Assembly: GCA_030697825.1 (NCBI GenBank)
Contig: JAUYOW010000078.1
Coordinates: forward strand, 1 to 63,529
Length of the DNA stretch: 63,529 nt
Source of the DNA: Gemmatimonadales bacterium
GTDB taxonomy: Bacteria > Gemmatimonadota > Gemmatimonadetes > Gemmatimonadales > JACORV01
Reading direction: 5' to 3'
Part shown: positions 33,015 through 41,437 of the stretch, piece by piece
How the letters are laid out: every line of letters starts with the position of its first letter
Numbering within the stretch: the stretch's first letter is position 1
Notes under the pieces: generated by a model
What the model saw: the letters and a program-made list of their open reading frames with translations, nothing else
What the model was told of the DNA's origin: nothing
Databases searched by the model: none
Program-made: the position numbers and the translations under genes

Positions 33015-33730
33015 AGGACAGTTCCCATCTGTATGAAGTAGTACTCGGCCATACCGAGCAAGACGAGTCCCGCCGCTCGTTTGATCCACAGCATCCATCG
33101 GCCGGAGCGTGGCAGCGCGGCGAGCGTTCCCGACGAGAGGCCCACTACGATCAGCAGCGCCGTCATGCCCAGCGAGAACACGAAGAGGTAGATGAAGCCG
33201 AGCGCCGCGCTCTTCGTCGAGGCGACCCAGGTGAGCACCGCGGCGAACGCCGGAGCACCGCACGGCGCGGCCACGATGCCTGATGTCGCGCCGAGGAGGA
33301 AGACCGCGGGATACGAACCTCCGCCGAGGCTTCTAGCCCAGGCCACGAGCCGCTGAGGCGCGGAGACAGGGATGACGTCGAGCATGGCAAGCGCGAAGAG
33401 GAGTAGAAGGTTCCCGGTTGCGAAGCGCACCCAGGGATTCGACCCGATGGTGCCGAACAGCGAGCCGGTGAGCCCGGCCAGCAGCCCGAGCAGCGCGTAG
33501 AAGAGCGCGAGGCCGCAGGCGTACGTAAGCGTGAGGCCGATGGTCCTCGCCCGTGATGCGTTCTGGCGGGCGCTGCCGGCCAGGAGCCCGGCGGTGATGG
33601 GGATCATCGGATAGACGCACGGGGTGAGGCTCGTGACGAGGCCCGCGCCGAACAGCGCCGCCGCCGCCGTCAGGGGACGGTGGTGGAGGGACTCCGAAAG
33701 GCCCTGCAGCGTGGCGAGGATCGCGGGCAT
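33011..33730 (-). CDS. ccdA: cytochrome c biogenesis / DsbD-family transmembrane electron transporter (CcdA-like)
   Basis: Six TM segments, with the two conserved Cys in LTPCVYPMIP and VAAPCGAPAF. Confidence 0.8.
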   Translation of the reverse strand: MPAILATLQGLSESLHHRPLTAAAALFGAGLVTSLTPCVYPMIPITAGLLAGSARQNASRARTIGLTLTYACGLALFYALLGLLAGLTGSLFGTIGSNPWVRFATGNLLLLFALAMLDVIPVSAPQRLVAWARSLGGGSYPAVFLLGATSGIVAAPCGAPAFAAVLTWVASTKSAALGFIYLFVFSLGMTALLIVVGLSSGTLAALPRSGRWMLWIKRAAGLVLLGMAEYYFIQMGTVL

Positions 33731-33787
33731 CAGGTCGAAAGGTACGCCGGAAGACTGGGGATTGCCGCCGGGCGCGCCGGGCGCCTG

Positions 33788-34960
33788 TCAGAACGCCATC
33801 GTCAGCGCCGAGCCGAACTCGAAATGCGCATCCGGGCTCCAGCCGAAGTCCAACCCGAACAGCGAACCCTTGGATAGCTGGAAGCGGAAGCCGGCGCCGT
33901 AACCGGTGTGCAGGCCGTTCGTCTCGAAGCGCTCATCGTGGCTCCACACCCGCCCGACGTCCGCGAATGCCAGTAGCCACAGCCGGAACGGCGAGCTGGC
34001 GAAGGCGCCGTCCCAGTACTTGTAACGGAGATCCACGCTCGCGAGCGCCTTGTTCTCGCCGATCCAGCGCCCCGGCAGGTTGGAGCGCAGCGTCGTGGGG
34101 CCTCCGAAGCCGTCGTCCGGCCGCCAGGCGGTCAGTCGCTCGTAGGCGATGTAGAAGGGGAGACGGTCGTCCGACAGCTCGAGCGACTGGCGGAGCCCGA
34201 GCGTGGTCCGCAGCCCCAGGGGGATGAACTCGCGGGCGCCGAAGGCGTAGCGAGTGTAGTCGAAGTCGCCCGAGCCCTTGAGGCCGCGCACCGCGAGTGC
34301 TTCGACCAAGACCCCCCGCGACGGCGTCGCTTCTTCGTCCCGCGTGTCGAAGAAGAGGCCGCCGCGCAGCTCTGCGCTGGTGGACGATCCCGTGTCGCTC
34401 GTGAACCCCGTGTCGATCGTGTCGCCGAGGGCGGTGGGAAGTCCGTCCAGCGTCCTTGCCGCGTAGTGGCGCCACTGGCCGCCGACCTGAAGGTGCAGCG
34501 GTCCGGCGATGCGCCGGCGTATGGCGAGGAGTCCGGTGGTGCGCACCAGGGAATAGCGGTAGTAGTGAGAGACGCCGCCGTTCGCCGCTTCCAGCGAATC
34601 GTCCACCTCGGTCGCGTTCCCGATCCCGTAGAACGGCGCGCGTCGTCCGCGCTGCGCGCCGCCCATGGCGAGGAACCGCCAGCCCGGCCAGTGCCCCGAG
34701 TAGTCGAGCGTGAGCTGGATGCCGCGGGTGCCGCTGGTCGAGATCCACGCGGTGGGCTCGATCGAGATGCCGACGGGGATCGGGCCCGGCGGAGGCGCCT
34801 TCCGCCACCCGCCGGTGATGCTCACCATGAGCCCCTCGAGCGAGCTGTAGGTGGGCACGGGGAAGAGGTAGAAAACCCACGGCTCGGACCGCTGCTGCGC
34901 GCGTCCGAGCCGGGGCGCAAGAATGAGCAGGGCGGCGAGCGCCGCGGCCGTTCGATTCAG
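33788..34960 (-). CDS. Omp85/BamA-family outer-membrane beta-barrel protein (surface-antigen D15 domain)
   Basis: C-terminal ...GYGAGFRFQLSKGSLFGLDFGW...ALTMAF ending in Phe. The signal peptide is LNRTAAALAALLILAPRLGRAQQ. No ATG/GTG/TTG start precedes the signal peptide, so the upstream part of the listed 645-aa ORF is an antisense artefact over the asparaginase gene. Confidence 0.6.
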   Translation of the reverse strand: MNRTAAALAALLILAPRLGRAQQRSEPWVFYLFPVPTYSSLEGLMVSITGGWRKAPPPGPIPVGISIEPTAWISTSGTRGIQLTLDYSGHWPGWRFLAMGGAQRGRRAPFYGIGNATEVDDSLEAANGGVSHYYRYSLVRTTGLLAIRRRIAGPLHLQVGGQWRHYAARTLDGLPTALGDTIDTGFTSDTGSSTSAELRGGLFFDTRDEEATPSRGVLVEALAVRGLKGSGDFDYTRYAFGAREFIPLGLRTTLGLRQSLELSDDRLPFYIAYERLTAWRPDDGFGGPTTLRSNLPGRWIGENKALASVDLRYKYWDGAFASSPFRLWLLAFADVGRVWSHDERFETNGLHTGYGAGFRFQLSKGSLFGLDFGWSPDAHFEFGSALTMAF

Positions 34961-36042
34961 CGTGGCGCAGGCGTGTCGTAGAGGTAGGCGGAGTCCACCA
35001 GCCGCGCCTCGCGGCCGTCGTGCACGGCGAAACGGCTGGGGTAGGCCGTGGCCGCCTCGCCCACGCGGCTGGGGTAGAGCGAGGCCGCCCCGAACTCGCC
35101 GCGCTTGTTCAGGGCGTAGAAGTTGAGTTGGAACTTGGGGCGGCCGCGGGGATCGAGCAGGCGCGGCTCCGTCGTCGCGACCACCCGTCGCAGCGTCTCG
35201 AGGCAGGCGTCCGTGGGCGTGAGGCCGCGCCGCATCCCCTCGACCGTCAGGAAGCCGCCGCACACCTTGATGTTCGACTCGCCGCGGCCGGTGGAGCCCG
35301 CCGCGCCCACGTCGTTGTCGGTGTACTGCCCGGCGCCGATGATCGGTGAGTCGCCCACGCGCCCCGGGATCTTCCACGCCAGCCCGCTCGTCGTCGTCAC
35401 CGACGAGATCTCGCCGCGCGCGTTCACCACGGCGCAGTTGATCGTCCCAGTGGGCGGACGAACGAACGTCTCGCCGCGCTCGACATCCAGGAAATTGTCG
35501 TTGGGATTGAGGTTGGCGCGCCAGCGGAGCCACGCCTGGCGGGACGCATCCGTGAGCAGGTTCTCGACTTGGAAGCCGAACGACACCGCGAACCGCTGTG
35601 CCCCCTCGCCCACCAGGAAGATGTGGTTGGTGTAGCGCAGCACCAGTTTCGCCACTTCGCTCGGCGTCTTGATCCCCTCGAGGCAGCCCACCGCGCCGGC
35701 CCGCTTGGTCGGGCCGTGCATGCACGAAGCGTCGAGCTGCACGACGCCATCCGCGTTGGGCAGGCCGCCGTAACCGACCGAGTTGTCGTTCGGGTCCAGC
35801 TCCTGGATCTTCACGGCCTCGACCACGGCGTCCAGCGTGTCCACGCCCTGGTTGAGCAGCTCCATCGCGCGCGCGACGCCCCTGATGCCGTTCGCCGAGG
35901 CGACGACGCAGGGCCGCGAGCCCTGCCGGAGGACGACGGAGGGGGCCGGGAACCCCGGGGCCTTCGCCGCGGCCTTGCCCGCGAGCGGCAGGGTGGCGGC
36001 GCCGGCCAGCAGGAAGTCCCGACGAGACAGCTGATCCATCAC
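34957..36042 (-). CDS. Ntn-hydrolase asparaginase (isoaspartyl peptidase / glycosylasparaginase-like) with Tat signal
   Basis: The N-terminus is MMDQLSRRDFLLAGAA (twin-arginine motif). GTINCAVV is the autoprocessing Thr region. GAAGSTGRGE is also present. Confidence 0.75.
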   Translation of the reverse strand: MMDQLSRRDFLLAGAATLPLAGKAAAKAPGFPAPSVVLRQGSRPCVVASANGIRGVARAMELLNQGVDTLDAVVEAVKIQELDPNDNSVGYGGLPNADGVVQLDASCMHGPTKRAGAVGCLEGIKTPSEVAKLVLRYTNHIFLVGEGAQRFAVSFGFQVENLLTDASRQAWLRWRANLNPNDNFLDVERGETFVRPPTGTINCAVVNARGEISSVTTTSGLAWKIPGRVGDSPIIGAGQYTDNDVGAAGSTGRGESNIKVCGGFLTVEGMRRGLTPTDACLETLRRVVATTEPRLLDPRGRPKFQLNFYALNKRGEFGAASLYPSRVGEAATAYPSRFAVHDGREARLVDSAYLYDTPAPR

Positions 36043-37016
36043 GGTCGCTCCGGAGCGGGTGTTGTTCTCGGCAAAGATAGCGGTCGGTTCACTGGGATGG
36101 CCACCTCGGCCCAGGATTGGCCGGGGTAACGGGCATCCGAGATACGCACCAGCGCGCCGCCCCGTTGCCGCTCGACCTGGAAAACGGGGAATCGCGCCCA
36201 GCGGAGGTAGGTGCGGCCATCGGAAGTGGCGGCCGCGGCGCGCGCTTCGGAGGTCGAGTCCCCCGTGGAGATGACGTCCCAGTCATCCCCAAGGCTTGGC
36301 CGCTCGAGCCAGGCGATGGATGTGCGCACGTACCCCCGGTCCGTGTCCATCACCACGTCCCTCTGAAACGGGTTCGCGGGAACGGGCGCCGTCATGAGGT
36401 GGCGGATCGTCAGGCGGTCGCTCTGGGCGGTTTCCACCAGCCGTCGCCCGGCGACGTTGAGCGCCGCCATAGCCAGCGCATAGGCGAGTGTCAGAACGAG
36501 CGCCACCCGCGCCGGTCCGCCCGCCCGCGGGACCTCCTTCGACCATTGCCAGCGTGACCAGATCGCGCCGGCAAGCAGCAGGATCCAGATCCACGGGTCC
36601 ACGATGAACAGGGTGTCGCCGTAGAACCACCGGTCGCTGAACGGCATCAGGAAGCGCACGCCGTAGGTGTTCAGGAAGTCGAGGAGCGGGTGACTCGTGA
36701 CGGACATCGCGGCGAGCACGACCAGCCACCACGGGTCTGACGGTGCGGCTCCCGGCTCCCGGCGTCGCCTCACCCCGCGGTCCCAGGCCAGCATCAGCCC
36801 GGCCAGCACCAACGGCCAGACCGCGATCGCCAGCACCCCGTGCGTCCATCCTCGTCTGAAGCCGAGCGCCGTGACGGGGCCCCAAGCGTACGCGAACACG
36901 TCAACATCGGGCAGGTTCGCTCCGACGAGCAAGGTGGCCGTGCCAAGCGCTGTTTTCCGCTTCAGACCGGACTCGGCCAGGCCGAGCCCGACCAGGGTGT
37001 GGCAGAGATTGTCCAT
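36039..37016 (-). CDS. membrane-bound metal-dependent hydrolase (YdjM/DUF457-like)
   Basis: Uses the internal start MDNLCHTLVGLGLAESGL. It has multiple TM segments and conserved His residues. Confidence 0.6.
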   Translation of the reverse strand: MDNLCHTLVGLGLAESGLKRKTALGTATLLVGANLPDVDVFAYAWGPVTALGFRRGWTHGVLAIAVWPLVLAGLMLAWDRGVRRRREPGAAPSDPWWLVVLAAMSVTSHPLLDFLNTYGVRFLMPFSDRWFYGDTLFIVDPWIWILLLAGAIWSRWQWSKEVPRAGGPARVALVLTLAYALAMAALNVAGRRLVETAQSDRLTIRHLMTAPVPANPFQRDVVMDTDRGYVRTSIAWLERPSLGDDWDVISTGDSTSEARAAAATSDGRTYLRWARFPVFQVERQRGGALVRISDARYPGQSWAEVAIPVNRPLSLPRTTPAPERP

Positions 37017-37056
37017 CGGCTGATAGGTTGTGGCACCCACCCAGGGGGAGGCCGGT

Positions 37057-38619
37057 ATGCTGGAAACGTTGGACCTCGACAAGAGAATCGAAAAAGACTC
37101 CTACGACAAGTCGTTCAAGGAGCTGCGCGACAAGCTCCGCGACCTCCAACAGGAGACCTTCGACGCGAAGATCCCAGTCGCCGTGCTGTTCGAGGGCTGG
37201 GACGCGGCCGGCAAGGGCGACTGCATCGAGAAGCTGGTGGGCCGGCTCGACCCGCGCGGCTACAAGGTTCACCCCATCTACGAGCCGCTGCCGGAAGAGC
37301 GGCTGCGTCCCTTCCTGTGGCGCTTCTGGACCAAGATACCAGGGCGCGGGGAGATGGCGATCTTCGACCGCTCCTGGTACGGCCGGGTGATGGTCGAGCG
37401 GGTGGACGGAATAGTGACGAAGCAGCAGTGGCAGTCAGCCTACAACGAGATCGCGCAGTTCGAGCGCATGCTCACCGACGACGGGTCGGTGATCGTCAAG
37501 TTCTGGCTGCAGATCAGCGAGAAGGAGCAGCGGAAGCGGTTCGAGAAGATCGAGAAGAGCAAGTACGACGCGTGGCGGGTGACGAAGCAGGACTGGGCGA
37601 CGCACCAGAGGTACGACGAGTACCTGGGGGCCGCCGAGGAGATGCTCGAGCGCACCAGCACGGCCTACGCGCCGTGGACCATCGTCGAGGCGCACGACAA
37701 GTACTACCGCCGCATCAAGATCTTCAAGACGCTGGCCGACGCGATGCAGTCCGCGCTCAACGCCAAGGCGGGAGCGGCGAAGCCCGTGCGGACCGCCCGG
37801 GCCAGTGTTTCCGTCCCGGCGCTCAAGGAGATGGAGACGGTCCTCGACCGCGTGGACCTGAAGAAGGCGCTCTCCGAGAAGAAATTCGAGGAAGAGCTGG
37901 AGAAGTACTCGGTGCGGCTGCGCGCGCTGGAGTTCAAGTGCTTCGAGGAGCGCATGCCGGTGGTGATCGCCTACGAGGGCTGGGACGCCGGGGGCAAGGG
38001 CGGCAACATCCGGCGGGTCATCGGCTCGCTCGATCCGCGCGGGTACAGCGTGATCCCCATCGCGGCGCCCAAGGGTGATGAGGCGACGCACCACTACCTG
38101 TGGCGCTTCTGGCGGCAGATCCCGAAGGCCGGCCACCTCGCCATCTACGACCGCACCTGGTACGGGCGTGTCCTGGTGGAGCGGGTCGAGGGCTTCTGCG
38201 CTGAGGCGGAGTGGCGCCGCGCCTATCAGGAGATCAAGGAGTTCGAGCTGTCGCTCGCCAACTTCGGCACGGTCATCGTGAAGTTCTGGCTGCACATCTC
38301 GAAGGAGGAGCAGCTCCGGCGCTTCAAGGAGCGCGAGAAGCTCGAGTACAAGCGCTTCAAGATCACCGAGGAGGACTGGCGCAACCGTGACAAGTGGGAC
38401 CTGTACCGGGCCGCCGTGGTCGACATGATCACCAACACCAGCACGACCTGGGCGCCCTGGACGATCGTCGAGGCGAACGACAAGTACTGGGCGCGCATCA
38501 AGGCGCTGCGGACCATCGTCGAGGCGATCGAGGAAGGCCTGAACCGGAACAAGGACGAGAAGAAGGGCAAGACCGGCAAGAACGGCAAGACCGGCAAGAA
38601 GAAGAAGAAGGACGCCTGA
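37057..38619 (+). CDS. ppk2: two-domain polyphosphate kinase 2 (polyP:AMP/ADP phosphotransferase type)
   Basis: Two PPK2 repeats (VLFEGWDAAGKG...FDRSWYGRV and IAYEGWDAGGKGG...YDRTWYGRV). It has a Lys-rich tail, KKGKTGKNGKTGKKKKKDA. Confidence 0.85.
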   Translation: MLETLDLDKRIEKDSYDKSFKELRDKLRDLQQETFDAKIPVAVLFEGWDAAGKGDCIEKLVGRLDPRGYKVHPIYEPLPEERLRPFLWRFWTKIPGRGEMAIFDRSWYGRVMVERVDGIVTKQQWQSAYNEIAQFERMLTDDGSVIVKFWLQISEKEQRKRFEKIEKSKYDAWRVTKQDWATHQRYDEYLGAAEEMLERTSTAYAPWTIVEAHDKYYRRIKIFKTLADAMQSALNAKAGAAKPVRTARASVSVPALKEMETVLDRVDLKKALSEKKFEEELEKYSVRLRALEFKCFEERMPVVIAYEGWDAGGKGGNIRRVIGSLDPRGYSVIPIAAPKGDEATHHYLWRFWRQIPKAGHLAIYDRTWYGRVLVERVEGFCAEAEWRRAYQEIKEFELSLANFGTVIVKFWLHISKEEQLRRFKEREKLEYKRFKITEEDWRNRDKWDLYRAAVVDMITNTSTTWAPWTIVEANDKYWARIKALRTIVEAIEEGLNRNKDEKKGKTGKNGKTGKKKKKDA

Positions 38620-41432
38620 TGGACCGCACGGGGCAGGTGCTCGTCAATCGCTACCGGCTCGTCCGCGAGCTGGGTTCCGGCGGGATGGGCACCGTGTACC
38701 TCGCGGAGCACGTGCACCTGGGGCGGTCAACCGCCGTCAAGCTGATGCACAAGGAGCTGACGCTGGAGCCCGATGCGGAGCAGCGCTTTCGCCGCGAGGC
38801 CCTCCTCGCCGCGAAGATCAGCCACTCCAGCGTCGCCCAGGTCTACGACTTCGACTGCACGCCGTACGGCGAGTTCCTGCTGGCGATGGAGTACGTCGAG
38901 GGGGAGACCGTAGCGCAGCGGCTCAAGACCTCGGGGCCGTTCCCGCTTGCCCTGGCTCTCCAGGTCCTGAAGGAGGTTGCCGAGGGGCTCGACGTGGCCC
39001 ACGGCCTCGGCATCCTCCACCGCGACATCAAGCCCGAGAACCTCATGCTCGCGGCGGGCGGCGTGGTGAAGCTGCTCGACTTCGGCGTGGCGCGCGCCTT
39101 CGAGACCACCAGCAGCATCACGTCGGCGGGCTTCGCGGTCGGCACGCCGGCGTACATGAGCCCGGAGCAGCTCATGGGCGAGCCGCTCGGCCCGGCGAGC
39201 GATCTCTACGCCCTCGGCACCGTCTTCTACGAGATGCTGACCGGCCAGCCCGCGCACTCGGGCAAGTCGTTCGCGGAGTTCCGCGCCAAGCGCATGAGCC
39301 AGCCACCGACGGCCCTGCACCTGCTCCGTCCGGAGATCCCCACCGCGCTCACTGAGGTCGTGGCGCGGGCGCTGGATCCGGAGCCCAGGGGACGATGGCC
39401 CTCCGCCACCGCGTTTGCGCGCGCCGCCGATGATGCGGTCAAGGCGGCCGCGCCGCCGGCGGTAGGCGCGTCGCCGCGCCGGAGCAGGGTCTCAGGCCAG
39501 CTCGACCGGTGGCAGTCGCACTTCGCGGCGCTCCGCTTCGCCGGCCGCGAGCGCGAGATGCGGATGGTGCGCGACGCGTGGGCCACCGCGCGCACCGGCC
39601 GGACCACGCTGCTCTGGATCGAGGGAGACGAAGGGGCCGGCAAGTCGTCGTTCTTCGAGCAGGCCGAACGCGAGGCCGCGGGCGACGAAGCAGCACAGGT
39701 CACCGGGCGCGGTTACGAAGCCGACGTCGTCCGCCCCTACGGACCGTGCCTGCCGATACTGCGGCGCGCGCTCCAGCTTCGCGCGGCCGAGGGGCGCACC
39801 TGGCCCGCCATCCTGGCCCTCGCCGATGCCAGGCTCGATACGCGCGCGCCGGACCGCGCGGTGCTCTACGACGAGGTGACGCTCCTGGTGCGCGGTGCGG
39901 CCGAGCGCGGGCCGGTGCTGATCGGCATGGAGGACCTCGACTGGTGCGACCCCGCCTCGATCTCGCTGTTCGAGTTCCTCGCGCACGACATCTCGGACGT
40001 GCCGCTACTTCTCGTGACCAGCAGCTCCGTGGGGCGCGGCACGTCGGAGGTGCGGGAGCGGATGCGACGGCTCGAGAACGTCATCTGGGTCACGCTCCGC
40101 CCGCTCGGCTACGAGGCTGTCGCCGCCTGGCTCTCCCGCGCGCTGGGCCGTGAGGCGCCCGAGGAATTGGTGCGCTTCGTCTACGGCCATACCGAGGGCA
40201 ACGCGTTCTTCATCGAGCAGGTGGTCAGATCGCTCATCGAGCGCGGCGACATGGACCGGGTCACCGACGAGCTGCGCGTGTCGTTCGCGGACGCTCCGCC
40301 GCCCGAGGCTGTCGCCGACGTCGTGCAGCGGCGGCTCAAGGGGATGTCCCCCGCGGCGCGGGAGATCCTCCAGATAGCGGCGGTAGTGGGTCGCGAGTTC
40401 GACGTTGACCTGCTCATCGAGCTCTCGACCCGGGCCGAGGACGCCGTCCTCGACGCCCTCGACGAGGCGGTCTTCGCCGGCGTGCTGTCGCCGCTCCAAC
40501 GCCCACAGGGCGACTGGTATCGGTTCACCCACAACAAGCTCGGGCAGGTCCTGGCGCAGGCGATGAACGCGCGGCGCCGGCGCAAGCTCCACGGCCAGAT
40601 CGCCGAAGCGCTGGCGCAGCATCCCGACTCCCCCGCCGGCGTCATGGCCTGGCACTGGTACCATGCCGGCGATTTCGCCCGCGCGTCCGTGGCGGCCCGC
40701 GTGGCGGCGCGCCACGCCCTCAACGTCCACGACTACGACGACGCGGTGACGTTCGCGGTGATGGCGGCCGAGACCGGCGAGACGGCGGAAGAGAAAGGCG
40801 AGGCGCACGAGCTGCGCGGCGACGCGCTGCGGCGCCTCGACCGTAACGGCGAGGCGGCGGCCGCGTACGCCCGCGCCCGCCTGGTGGGAGACGCGAGCCC
40901 CGAGGCCGCGACCAACCTCAGGCGAAAAGAACTGCGTTGCGCGCTGGTGGCCGGTACGGTGAGTCCGGTGGCCGCGGCGGCGGAGGCGAAGAAACTGGCC
41001 GAGAACGCGGGAGCGCTGCCGCCTCAGAAGCGCACGGCGGTGGAGATCGTCCTGGCCGAAGCGCTGGCCGCGGCGGGCGAAGTCCCGGAGGCGATCGAAG
41101 CCGCGAAGCGGGCGAAGGCCGCGGCGGAAGAGACGGGCGACCGGTTCCAGGTGGGTGAGGCCCTCCTGGCCCTCGGCCACGCCGAGCTGAAAGCGAGGAA
41201 CCTCGACGAGGCGGTCCGAGCCGCGCGCGAGGCGAGCGTCATCTTCGCCGAGGCTGCCGACCCCTACTCGTCGGCGCGCGCCGCGTCGCTGATCGGCCAG
41301 GTCGCGGCCGCCGCGAGTGACCTGCCCGCCGCGCGCGCCGCCTTCGACGACGCGCTCCGCCAGGCGGAGCGCGCCCACGTCACGCGGTTGGTCCGCCAGA
41401 TCAAGGAGAGGCAGGCCGAGCTGGAGGGGTAG
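38619..41432 (+). CDS. Ser/Thr protein kinase fused to AAA(16)-type ATPase and TPR-like repeats
   Basis: YRLVRELGSGGMGTVYLAEH, HRDIKPENLM and DFG kinase motifs, then the P-loop WIEGDEGAGKSSF, and a helical repeat C-terminus. Its ATG overlaps the ppk2 stop (TGATG). Confidence 0.85.
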   Translation: MDRTGQVLVNRYRLVRELGSGGMGTVYLAEHVHLGRSTAVKLMHKELTLEPDAEQRFRREALLAAKISHSSVAQVYDFDCTPYGEFLLAMEYVEGETVAQRLKTSGPFPLALALQVLKEVAEGLDVAHGLGILHRDIKPENLMLAAGGVVKLLDFGVARAFETTSSITSAGFAVGTPAYMSPEQLMGEPLGPASDLYALGTVFYEMLTGQPAHSGKSFAEFRAKRMSQPPTALHLLRPEIPTALTEVVARALDPEPRGRWPSATAFARAADDAVKAAAPPAVGASPRRSRVSGQLDRWQSHFAALRFAGREREMRMVRDAWATARTGRTTLLWIEGDEGAGKSSFFEQAEREAAGDEAAQVTGRGYEADVVRPYGPCLPILRRALQLRAAEGRTWPAILALADARLDTRAPDRAVLYDEVTLLVRGAAERGPVLIGMEDLDWCDPASISLFEFLAHDISDVPLLLVTSSSVGRGTSEVRERMRRLENVIWVTLRPLGYEAVAAWLSRALGREAPEELVRFVYGHTEGNAFFIEQVVRSLIERGDMDRVTDELRVSFADAPPPEAVADVVQRRLKGMSPAAREILQIAAVVGREFDVDLLIELSTRAEDAVLDALDEAVFAGVLSPLQRPQGDWYRFTHNKLGQVLAQAMNARRRRKLHGQIAEALAQHPDSPAGVMAWHWYHAGDFARASVAARVAARHALNVHDYDDAVTFAVMAAETGETAEEKGEAHELRGDALRRLDRNGEAAAAYARARLVGDASPEAATNLRRKELRCALVAGTVSPVAAAAEAKKLAENAGALPPQKRTAVEIVLAEALAAAGEVPEAIEAAKRAKAAAEETGDRFQVGEALLALGHAELKARNLDEAVRAAREASVIFAEAADPYSSARAASLIGQVAAAASDLPAARAAFDDALRQAERAHVTRLVRQIKERQAELEG

Positions 41433-41437
41433 GACGC

